Positions 39,401 to 50,800 of a DNA stretch of 64,000 nucleotides are shown in pieces. The notes below the pieces were generated by a model. It saw only the letters and a list, made by a program, of their open reading frames with translations, was not told the DNA's origin and ran no database searches. The DNA is from Antedon mediterranea (taxonomy: Eukaryota > Animalia > Echinodermata). Each line of letters begins with the position of its first letter. Within the stretch, counting starts at the first letter, position 1. Both the position numbers and the translations under genes were made by a program. Location of the stretch: the NCBI RefSeq assembly GCF_964355755.1, contig NC_092673.1:1178001-1242000 (forward strand). The letters are read 5' to 3'.

Positions 39401-42400
39401 AAAATACTCTTGCATAATTGGGGTGACGGTCACTTCAAATTCATCTTCGGTCAGGGTGGGGATAATTGTCTTCAGTCTGTACCCAGGCTGAACAAACATT
39501 AAATAATTAAATCATTATAATTAATTAAAATATCAAAATACATTTATAAATAGGTTAAAAAAATGACAAAGTATCTTAAGAAGGAAAATGAACAGTAAGA
39601 ATGCTATGACAATTTAGCATGCTAATGAAGATTGGTGTCAAGATTTTGAAATAGTTATAGTTAGTTTAATTACGGTGCTATGTGAAATAAAAAAGATATA
39701 GCACTTGCATAATTCTGCCCAATACTTTAAAAAATATACATTACTATTTACGAAAAGCATTTAATATTTGTTAATCCAGGTCTTTGAAATCAAAATGCTA
39801 ATTGACTTTGCTAATAGTCCATGCCAACTCATAACTGTGGCTTGCAATTAACTGCTTTTTAATGGACAATCACAACTAACAAAGTTGTCAGTATTATTGA
39901 GTACAAAAACATAATTTATCTCAAAAGAGAATGGAAAAGGACATTTCTTCTTGCTAATTACAGTTATTGTTTATGTTTCAGATAAAACAAGGGTACTCAA
40001 GCTCCAAATAAACATTTCACATTTCATGTTTTGATCATTAACAAATATCTGTGAGCATGACTAAAACTCTGTCTACACTATCAAACTAGTTTGACAAAAA
40101 AGTGTGATGTGCCCAAATAGGGTAGACATATTCCGAAATATGGTAGTGATATGACATCATCATGTCCATATATGGGCACATCACATTTCATTTTGTTGTC
40201 ACATAAAGTTTGATAGTGTAAACAGGGCTTAAGGGATGTTTAAACGGTTGTGTTTAATGGGGTGCTATACCAACCTGGGCATCAGAATCATAGTTGGGGT
40301 CATTTGAATCCTGGCAGTCAGCGTCATTCTCGTCATAGATAATGCCGTCCTTGCCCCATGTTCCCTTTCCTCCAGCACCACCTACATAAATTACAAAAGA
40401 AATGGTACATGAGATTTAACTTTTAAGCCTGGCGCACATGTGGATGTAACACAAGTACCTTATCACAACGTAAACTGCCATTTGTGATTGGTCGACTCAC
40501 TTGCGTTGTATGTGTGAACAAACACAAATGTCACCAAAAAGACTATAGAAAATAGAGTAAAACATTAATTCAACGACACAGAATCTCAACAAAATAATCA
40601 AACAAGGAATTGTTTGTTATACAACACAAGGTGACTCCTTCAACTCTCAGAATTTATCCTCCTTACGAATTACACACAAGGGATAAATTATTCAATACAA
40701 AAATAATTCAGTTTTTACATAAATTTAATTCCTAAACAAATAAATAAATCAAATTTACATTTGAATACAATAAAGAATGATAAAGGGTATGTTGGTTTAA
40801 TGGCAGGATTGATGGTAAGGATACGCCGCCATTGCGATTCTCCCAATAGTGACAAGTTTGTTGCTAAGGCCCTGTTCAGACCCATGGCGTTAGACCGTTT
40901 TAGCGTAAGACGCTAAAAGAATGTGTGTCTGAACAGTTGGGGATTAGCGTACAACGCGTCGTACAACGGTTGTAGCGTTGTAGTGGAAAACGGTTGATAG
41001 TACCGTTTTAGCGTACGACGCTACTGTAAGTCAACGTTGTATCCAATCAGAACGTTTCCTGTTATGACGCGATACAAGGTTTGACCTAGGCTGACATCTT
41101 GTATCGTCAATGTGTGAGATGGATTTCAATAACAAAAAGGCCAGTATAAATAAGGCCTAACTACACTACAAATACAACTGTTACAAAGGCTACAAACTGC
41201 GTACAAACTATTATCAACTGATTACCATTATATTTTCTAACAAATGACATAAATACATGCACCTTGTATTTAAACATAGGGACTACGATCCCATACGCTT
41301 TTAGGCCTAGAGTCATTCACGCATTTCATTCAAGCTAAAAACTAGCGTGGGACATCAAGTCACTCATTCATACAAGGCAGACTAGACTGGACAAGTTTAA
41401 TGCTGAAAACCCCCTAACTCCTAAAAAATTCAGTAAACAAACAAGGGGAGCTGTGTCCCTTTTATTAGCAAGTTAAGGGTTATTTTCAACCGACTGGAAC
41501 AAAGAATATATATCTTTGACTGGACTGGATAGACTAATCACAATCAATTTTTTCTTCATCATTAGAAGGCCTGCTTTATTTTCGTAACACAAGAACCTGG
41601 GGAAAATGTTTTTTAATACAAAATAAAAACAATAGAAACAGAAATTTGGCTTTACTATATTTTTCTTAAATAAATGCTGAGGTATGTTTTATTTACGGCA
41701 AATTTTGTCATAATTGTAGGGCTGAGATCTAGGCCTATATACAGTGGAAATAATGATGAAAACACGTGGGTAAGAGCACATGAATATGCAACTAGAAACA
41801 ACCTGGATGACGTACTTCCGTTGTAACGGTTGTAACGATAATCGTACGCTATGGGTCTGAACACCTCGTTTTTTTCTCTGCGGTTTGTAACGTGACCTTG
41901 ATAGTAACGTTGTACGCTAAAACGGTCTAACGCCATGGGTCTGAACAGGGCCTAAGTTCAGAGGGTAAACAGTTATTTCAAAGAGTGCTTTGTATGTTAT
42001 AAAAATGACCTTGGTTGGTTTTAATTGTTCAGAGGGTGCTGAAGCCTGGTAATGTTAGCCCTATGGGTAAGCTTGACTACCTATGGTGTGTTTTGATTGT
42101 CTGACCTTTAACCTCTGGGTATGTGGACTACTTGTGGCATGTTTTGATCACATGACCTTCCTCCGGGGAATTGTTAAACCTGTGTATTGTTACAGGTGCT
42201 CTTTGATTTCTCCAATCCAAGCATGCTGGGTTTATTTCTTCGGGCCTGTTTCTGCTGCATCAAAAATAACCGGTTAAAATCGGTGTGAATAAATTAAAAT
42301 CGGTGTGAATAAATTAACTCCATTTTCTTGGCAGCAGAAACAGGACAAATTTGTGGTAACCGGTTAAAAGGCAGCGCAAAATAACCGGTTAAAAACGCCA

Positions 42401-45400
42401 ATTTAAATCGGTGTTAGAACGCCGTTTAACCGGTTATCGCTGAGCAATTCTTAGCTGCAACACGAAATAACGGTTATTTGATTGACAGTTGTGACCCCGG
42501 GTCAGATACCGTCGCATACGATGTGTGTTTTCCTCGTGGTTTTGACAGTCGAACGAAGAAGTGAACATGTATGTGGATGAATGAAATCACAAGATATGTT
42601 ATTCAGTTGTGGGGGGAGAGAAAGTACGGGAAAGGATGGCAGGCAATAGAAAAGAATCACAGATAACAAATAAAAGCATTTTTGCGAAAGTAAAAGAGGA
42701 GTTTGGGGTGGAGTTCCGGGGACTACCCAAGCTAAGCAATTTGAGGCGTTACTGTAGTACCCTACACGCTCGCGAAGGATGGATGGTCCTATATAAACAC
42801 CAAAACGGAAACAAAAAAGGGACTCAGAATGTTGCAAATACCTACCAAACGATAGTAGATAATGGTTAATTAATTATGAAAACCCAAATTTTATAGCAAA
42901 AATCATCCGAATTTATGTTATAAACGATGAATTTAGCAACAAAAACTTAATCCAAACGAGCGTATTTATGGCACGCCCTTAGTGCCTTTAATAGGAGAAC
43001 AATGAACATTCTTACTTTGATCGTTTTACATAATATAATTTTTTAGAAAAACATCACATCGACCGAAAACAAAGGTAATCAGAGCCTTTGATAATATATT
43101 AAATATGATTTTATTAAGCATAGAAATGTGTTATTATTTATGTTAGTACATAAATATACGAAATAATGTTCAATACTCATTACTTTATTAAAGGCACTAT
43201 GTGCGTGCGATATTCTATGACTTGGATACTCTCGTTTTATTTAAGTTTTTGTGGCTAAACTCATCGTTTTTAACATAAATTCGGACGATTTTTGCTATAA
43301 AAGTTGGGTTTTCATAATTAATTAACAATTATCTACTCTCGTTTGGTAAGTATTGCAACAATCTGAGTCTCGTTTTTGTTTCCGTTTGGTGTTTTGTAGG
43401 ACCGCGCTCGCGAAAAACAACAGTCGTTCACGTGGGAAGGGCCGTATTTCATCGCCTTTGTTGAGGATAAAAATTATCCTAGGCGATCGGGCGCTGCACG
43501 ACCCTCCCCATCATGTTATTGAAGGCGCCATGAGAATTAATTTTATTAGCGATGTAAGTAGGCTTTACAAAAAACAAAACTTGTAGACCTGGAGACAACA
43601 TTTTATTTTTTTAACATGTTTGAGTGAGATGTTCGACGATATATACACACGTGTGTACTCACGACTTCGACGTAAACAAACAGCCAACTCACTACTTCCG
43701 TCTGAGTGTATTGCCTTTTGGGTAATGATGACGTTTTGCTCGACGACCACCCATAGATTTAACCGGTTATTTCGGAGCACAAATTGAGCAGAAACGCGGT
43801 CTTGTTATTGTTATCTATTTTTAATCTATTTAAAAATAACCGGTTAAATTGCGTTATGCAGCAGAAACAGACCCTTCCTTCTATTAATTTTAATCAAAGC
43901 ATGATTGTAGGTTCAGAATAAAGTAAAAAGACAGTAAATCTTAATTACTTTGATGAGCATTTAGTTTTATTCACTAAAATATTAATATCAACTTTATTTT
44001 AGTTACTTAAATTTAAATTTCAAAATATTCTTTATTAAAAATACTCTTTTTTTATAGTATTAGATTAATTTCCAACATTTATGTTGGATAATTTCATTGA
44101 AAAAAAATACATTTAGATATGTGTACATAAGAGCCGATGTTTGTCATCATTTTTGAAAAAATAATTACTTTTTATTTTAGATACTTGAATTTTTGTCTGC
44201 CAATTTCTGTAAATTAAAGTTTCTGTATAATTAATTTGCCAACAAATTTGCTTAGAGTTGGTTGGCTCATTTGTATACATTATATTACATTTGTATACAT
44301 TGCTGCCAAAAACATTGTTCTGTATTTCTAATTAATATAACTGGTTGAATAGACAGTAGTAAGGTATTGTTGTGTGATTGGTTACGCTTCATTTAGCATT
44401 ATCTACCCACTTGTAGAGAACCATTGATTGATGAAATTCATCCGGAGTTGATTATTAAGGGTATTGCCACCAAAACTATCGGTGCATGTGGTAAAATATA
44501 GAAAAGACTCTGCTAGTTCTGCATGGTTTCTGGATCTAAAATATCTTGTTGTAAATCCCCTGCAGACAATTGTCAAAACTTTTATTGCTTATTTATGGGA
44601 GATTTTTGTTTGCTAAAAATAGATTGTCATGATTGATTGATTGATTGATTGATGTCATGTTGGAATTTCAGACAAAAAAATCTGAAAATAGCTTAAAAGG
44701 TAAATATTTGACAACATAGAATAAGAGCGAAAGTCTACTTAGGTATAACATTTTATTCAGCAATTCTATGGTCATTTATCACAATGCAGTGTTTCCAACG
44801 TTTATTTTAATTAATTAAGTCCACTATTATATAAAAAATACAATTAAATTAAAATTTAAACATTCAATCTTAAACATTTTAACTTGTCACCAGCATACCT
44901 TAAAAAACCGAAAGAAAAAAAATAATAATGTATGGTATAGTAGGCCTACATAACATCAACAGCAGATATCTACTAGCTAGGCTAGGCGTACTTCAAAATA
45001 CTACTACTAGCTAAACCCTGTTAGTAGGCAAGTTTAAGCTTGCTAAGTTTAGATGCAGCTCTACCCACCCACTACTATTAACTAAGGCTAAGCTAACTAA
45101 CTAAAAAGGCTAAGCTAAACTAAAGAGCTGAGGTAGTACTACTAGGCCTAGTAGTAGTAGTACTATAACTAGTGGGGAGCTTACCTTTCTTGGGCAAACC
45201 GCGGCCCCTACCGCTACGTGATTTTCTAGAGTTTTTCTCTTTAGTAAAGATGTCCGGGCCTACAATGGGCCCCGAATCCTTAGAAGGACTGTGCTTAAGT
45301 CTCCTCTTGGCCTTGCGAGTCACTCTGGCCTGAACAGGAGACTCAGAAGGGATTAATTCATTGTTGCTTAGTTTGTTGTTGTTCGTCATCAAGTCCACCT

Positions 45401-45467
45401 CAAGACCTTCATCCAATCCATTCACGCCATTTTCAACTCCATTCTGCAGAACAACTGTCCCTTCCAT
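30479..45467 (-). CDS. PDCD4: Programmed cell death protein 4 (two MA3 domains, eIF4A inhibitor)
   Basis: Motifs RKSRSGRGRGLPKKGGAGGKGTWG, DPNYDSD, QEYFEHGDTDEV, GQFIARAIADDCLP, LEVPHFHHEVVYE, C-terminal RKRFVSEGDGGRFKE*. Exons in transcription order: 45467-45185, 40381-40275, 39487-39374, 35087-34863, 33957-33860, 32952-32838, 31940-31833, 31408-31289, 30830-30691, 30530-30479. Confidence 0.96.
32401..32613 (+). mobile_element. 5'-truncated non-LTR retrotransposon 3' end (copy 2)
   Basis: Near-identical to 24268-24481; ends in TGAATTGAATTGAA. Confidence 0.65.
35130..35547. mobile_element. MITE family A copy with ~151-bp internal tandem triplication
   Basis: Left TIR at 35130; TATGTGACAAAAAA units at 35161, 35312 and 35464. 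Confidence 0.8.
35646..36764. mobile_element. Non-autonomous DNA transposon with degenerate TIRs and an internal 85-bp tandem repeat
   Basis: Left GGACCGTGTTCGTACGGCGATTGAAATACACG resembles the reverse complement of the right end (GGCCCGTTCGGACGGGACTGAAACTACCGTG). The 85-bp unit occurs about 4 times at 35992-36333. Confidence 0.55.
37788..37928. mobile_element. MITE family A copy
   Basis: TIRs, TAA on both flanks. Confidence 0.85.
40065..40229. mobile_element. MITE family A copy
   Basis: TIRs, TAA on both flanks. Confidence 0.85.
40868..41952. mobile_element. Non-autonomous PIF/Harbinger-like element (~1.1 kb)
   Basis: About 40-bp near-perfect TIR GGCCCTGTTCAGACCCATGGCGTTAGACCGTTTTAGCGTA; TAA TSD at 40865-40867 and 41953-41955. 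Confidence 0.9.
42242..43874. mobile_element. Non-autonomous PIF/Harbinger-like element (~1.6 kb) with TAACCGGTTA subterminal repeats
   Basis: TIR GGGCCTGTTTCTGCTGCAT / ATGCAGCAGAAACAGACCC; 3-bp TTC duplication on both flanks; multiple TAACCGGTTA palindromes near both ends. Confidence 0.85.
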
Positions 45468-45659
45468 GTCTCCTAGTTCGGCTCAACAGACCTTCAAAGC
45501 TCCCAAAATGTGAATATATAACACTCAAATAATTGGACTTTCAATAGAAACAAGTCCAATATTGGACATTAAAATTAAAAGACTCGTTTTTATGTTATAA
45601 TTTCTCCTGTCTCTCGACAACGTGCAGCTACGCAGAGACTCAATGTTGTTTTGGTTTTA

Positions 45660-45815
45660 ACCGCAGATCATGTGACCAGTTTCGTGTTTTCTCATTGGTC
45701 GATTTGGTGGAGTGTCTCAGCTCAATCGATTGAAAATTCCCAGGATGTAAACAAGGTCTCGTGTTTTTGTTTGCACCTGGTGAACCCTGAACTTGATCGA
45801 TAATGACGTCACATT
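45660..45815. promoter_or_regulatory. PDCD4 proximal promoter motif cluster
   Basis: TCATGTGAC (E-box/CLEAR-like, 45668-45676), ATTGG/CCAAT (45694-45698), TGTAAACA (forkhead, 45746-45753), TGACGTCA (CRE, 45804-45811), 200-350 bp upstream of the PDCD4 ATG. Confidence 0.55.
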
Positions 45816-47896
45816 CATTTCAATTCGATTCTTCGTCATGATTCCGCAGAGGTCGTCGGCCGTGTATGTGTACGACGTTCACGTAAAAAATTATTTTAAT
45901 TTATTCAGATTGATTGATTTACATTATTATAGTTAAGAACAAAATATTGTGCTCCTGAATTAAAAATAAAGGTTTTTCTTGTAGGATTGTACAGTATATA
46001 TGCCATTTTAAATGTCACATAATAAATTAAATTAATTTTTATTGTTACATGTTTATGTCTCTGATCATTTTGTATTTTTTTTAGGGTCCCTAATGATCAG
46101 CTTCGGCTGGATGGACCACCCTCGTAAATATTGTTTAAAAAATAAGATAATAAAACAAAATATTCACTTTTACCAACAATTGAATTCATTGAATCGAACA
46201 ACATTATTCACCCGAAAAACAATGAAATCAATTGACCAATGGGATTTTGGTTGTTTATTTTGTCTTTTTTAGGTCTACCGTTATTTTTTTAAAGTTATAA
46301 AATGGTTTGTTCGAATAGTTGATAATTTTTCATGATTTTGAAGGACAAAACATCTGGTTTTAGATTTATGATTTATATATTTTCAACCTGCTGCTATAGC
46401 CCGCTATGTCACAAGAGATGACTCATTCAGAAGCTGAAAGCAAGCAGCAGTTAACTTATAGTACTAGAAACTGAAGTTTTTGCTAAAATGGAAACTCGAC
46501 TATGATTTATAGGTCCCAGCTGCTGGACCCAAAAACGTCTGGGAAAAGAGTCTATTAGGAAATGTCATGCTAAAATTACAAAATCCTAAAGCATTTCTGG
46601 TATTTATGAGTCCTATTTGACTAAAATACTTACTGTAATTCGCTGTCATCAAAAGAGTCCATTACAGTTTTTGTTGTAATAGGATACTTCTCACTTGAAG
46701 TATCTAGGAATCCAAGTATCTAGGCGTGATGAAGTGACCCCCAGACTTGACCTTAGCAATAAAATAAACTAAAGTGACAGAAATTGAGTCTGCGTTTCAT
46801 ATCAAAGTTATTCACTTCTGTAACAAAAAAATATTTATTCACGTATAAAAAGAGAAAAGAAACGTTTAATTACCAAAAACCATTGTTTGACAGACAATTT
46901 AAGTATTTTTTGCTTTAAATTACATTTTTTCAGGTAAAATAACTAATATGTGACAATAAAATGACACATTAAAAAAAAAAATTTTCAGAGGGACAATTAT
47001 ATCTTTAAAACTTTCACGTCAATAAGCGAGCAGCGTTTTTTGTAAGAAATATTTCTTGTTAAATATCTACTATGACTGCACTCTGAGCATACCTCAACGT
47101 TCCCATTTAGCAGTCCGCCCTCTGTCGGCAGTGAAGACTGGGGAAATATTAGTATACCAAATCGGTGTGCGGAGCATGTTGCCACTTTATTTATTTTATA
47201 TATATGGATATAGTTTTTTGTAGGAGTATGTAGGCCTAACCTTAGGCCTAGATTATATATATTTATATACTATAGTAAGTAGTTTTTACTGTGGAATAAA
47301 AGGATCTGAAAAACTGCATTAGCTCCACTTATGCATTTGTTTTAGCATAGGCCTAGGCTCTAGGCTAGGCCCTGTCGTTTATTTCCCGATCGATGCTGCA
47401 CTGGATGGAAGGAGGTAAAACCCATGAATTCCCGTGTAGAAATGCGCAACGTGCAACCCTAGCTAGTAAGTTAGGCTAGGCCTAGTTTAATGGAATATGT
47501 GCAATCTGAGTTAATGGTAGGCCTAGCTAGGCCTATATTTAAAAATTATAAATGCATTTATGATTTAATAAATTTTTCTAAAGAATTTAGAATTTGAATC
47601 AGAATACTCTAAAACTAAAAGAAATTTCAATTGTTTATTTATCGCATAACCAAAGCACAATAACATTTTTTAATATCCTAAATTTTTAAATAATGCAAGT
47701 AATATTATTTATTAATAACTTATAGAATAAAGTGTTATAAATATAAAGAATAAAAGGTTTTGATTATGTTTTGATATTAAGAGAGACAAAAATAGCATGA
47801 ATGTATAAATAAATGCTAATGAATAGACCCAGTAGAAGTTAACAGTAACAACAATTTTTTTATGCCATTTCTCTAAAGGTATTATTAATATTAATC

Positions 47897-50800
47897 ATGA
47901 AAAAGGGGGAAAGATCCAGAAAACATGTTTCTGAAAGAAGTACGTCAGAGAAGAAATATGATAAGGAGGATTACCGAGAAAAGAGAAGAGACGATCAGTA
48001 CAAGGAACATAAAAGAGACGGAGACAACAAAAAGAAGAAAGATGATCATTATAAGAAATATGATGACAGACGGATGGATGAATATCATATAAAAGAATAT
48101 GAAACCAAAAGAAACCACAGAAAATATGACAGGCAATTAAAAGATACAAAAGCAAGGTCCTCATTAAATAGAGACAAAAGAAAAAAGAAAAATTACAAAC
48201 AAAAGAAAGATGGAGCCTGGAATAATTATGGTTACTCTATGGACGATATAAATGAATTTCTTCCAACAGAAGAGGACAAGACAGAACGTTTGATTGTTCC
48301 ACCATCATCTGCGGAGCAGGAGAAGAACCGGCAGAACGATAATTATCAAACAGAACGTCTAGATGAGGAAAAAAAGACCAAGAAGGAAGACAAGGATATG
48401 TTTCCATGGGAACAATATAGACATTTATTGGATAGAATATTTTTTACAAATGAACATCGTATAAGAAGGTAATGTGATATTGTATCCAACTTTTATACAA
48501 AATATATGTAAAGTTGTTCAATCTATGGAGACTACACATTTGTTCCACATTCCTCCCATCTCTGATTCTAGGGCCTCCTGCTTCCTCCACTTTTCCCTTC
48601 TCCTCGTCTATAAGATTGATATTGCAGCCTACTGGGATGAATTGCGCACAGATGTGAATGACACATACCACAACTTTCTTCTCCCCCAAGGGTCCCTTCT
48701 TGTCGAGGATTCCCCTTGTCGAGTGCTGCCACCAAACGGTGCCTGTTCATCTGTCCACAATGGCAGGGCTGCATGGACCAGTACGCCAGGGTATCCCCCT
48801 ACCATTCCGAAAGTAAAGGTAAACATTTTATTTTTTAGAGGAAGTTCAGAACACGATGATTTTTGGAACTTCTTTTTACGTTACCAAACATTTCAAAGTA
48901 AAAGAAAGCAGTCATCTAAATCAAGTAAGGATTTTAAACTTGTTTAAATTAAATTAAAGTATAGACAAATAAAAAATACAATTTTAAGAATACAAAATTT
49001 TTAGGATAAAGTAAGACAAAATTGTATATAATTGTATATTATTAATCATTTAGAATATTAATTGACATTTTAATGCATTTGATATTGGGATTGGTTACAT
49101 TTCTTATTGGAATAACAAACTCTCAACTGACACAAAAATTATATAAATTTATGAAACTTTCAACTTTTAAAAATTCAATCCAAAATTAATTTATTGATTA
49201 ACATACAGTAGTTTACCTTGAATTCTTTCATAGTTTAATGTACAGTAATCACTGTAGATAGTTACCTTATTGTAAATATATGCTGTACTATATTTAAATT
49301 ACTGTTTTAGTTTTCTTAAATTATTATTAATGTTCTCTACTGCTTCAGATCTGAAAGTGTCATTCAGTATAAAGACGGAATACAGTAAATTGGTTAAACG
49401 ATTTAATTTGAACACCATGTCATTTAAACTATAACATTCTTGTTTGATCATGTGTCTAAAATATCAACATTTTGATTTCAGAAGATAGTGATGCTACTGG
49501 CAAAATTAAGGAGCAAAATGTGGATGACGAGTTAAAATATTACAGCTTAATTTGTAGAGGTTAGAAAATAAATATTTTATCATCTTATCTTTAAGATCAT
49601 CAATAATAATGCTGAATGTAAACAAATTGTATTATTACAGGTTTAGCAATCATAACTGATGATCTTAACTCCCTGATTAAAGCTGGCTTTATCAGATAGA
49701 CGGTGTTTACTGAAGCCATTGCTGTTTAAACCATTGCTATAAAAACTGTCTTAGCTAAGACAATAAACAGTAACAAATTGAGAGCCTACTGTACACATAC
49801 CCATAATACCAATGTCTATTATCAGCAAGGACTTTTAAGTCTTAAAAGACTTCTTGGAGTTGGCTTTCATTTTAGACCGCTTACTGTGGTATAGAAATAC
49901 TGAGTGTTTCATCCATATCAACAAACGTACAAACAGAAAAAGAAAATTTTTACAAATAAATTTCCTCCATGAATAAAATAACTTTTCCAACAGTCCTAAT
50001 CCAATATTTTATTAATGCTTTTCAGATAGAGAAACTGATTTGACACCGCAACACTTTAAAGAATTCAAGTTAGTTATTAAAATGTATTTAGATTTCTGTG
50101 AAAAACAAAAGGTTTGTAATTTATATATTCTATATTTATTCACCAATAGCAAATTGAAGCAAACAATAAATTATAAAATAAAATAGTTTATCCATTCTGT
50201 AATTGGCGCTGTTGGATGCGTATGAAATAAATAAAAATAAATAAAATAAAAAACAACATTTCTTTGTTTTTAGGTTGAAAAGATTGCTAAACTAAAGGAA
50301 GATAAGAAAAATTTACCAATATATCAATTTAAGGACAAAATCGTTGAAGCATTACAAGAACATCAGGTGATCATTGTTGCTGGGGACACAGGGTGTGGAA
50401 AATCTACACAGGTAAATTAGCTTTTGTTAATTAAAATAACTTTTGAAATAGTTGGCATCTTGCTTAGGTGGATAACTTAGATTGAGCATCAGAATCAAAA
50501 AATAAACACCCCTATTCTGATAATGTTATGATCTACCCACAACCAAGTGGGAGGACCCCAATACAAATCCATTTCTTTACACGATATAATATTTTAAAAT
50601 GTTCTTGTGTATTATAGGTACCACAGTATCTAATGGAGGCTGGATACAGTTACATTGCATGCACTCAGCCTCGGAGAATAGCTTGCATCTCATTAGCTAA
50701 GAGAGTTGGTTATGAGACACTCAATGAGTACGGTGATGAAGTCGGCTACCAGATACGATTTGAGTCAAGTAGAAGTAGTGCCACAAAGATTGTCTTTTTA

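Noticed and set aside
46690-46780. LKYLGIQVSR, resembling a LINE reverse-transcriptase motif
   Set aside because: Too short and surrounded by stops; cannot be supported beyond a possible decayed fragment.
47090-47150. Possible HDV-like ribozyme on the minus strand (TTCCCCAGTCTTCACTG...GCTAAATGGGAA)
   Set aside because: P2, P3 and J4/2-like pieces are present, but no 5' strand able to form P1 was found. The segment may instead be a CTCF-like site (CCGACAGAGGGCGG). An Infernal/RNArobo search would settle it.
48474-48947. 157-aa ORF after DHX34 exon 1
   Set aside because: Mostly intronic GC-richer sequence, probably a repeat relic; only 48839-48924 fits the DHX34 splice model.
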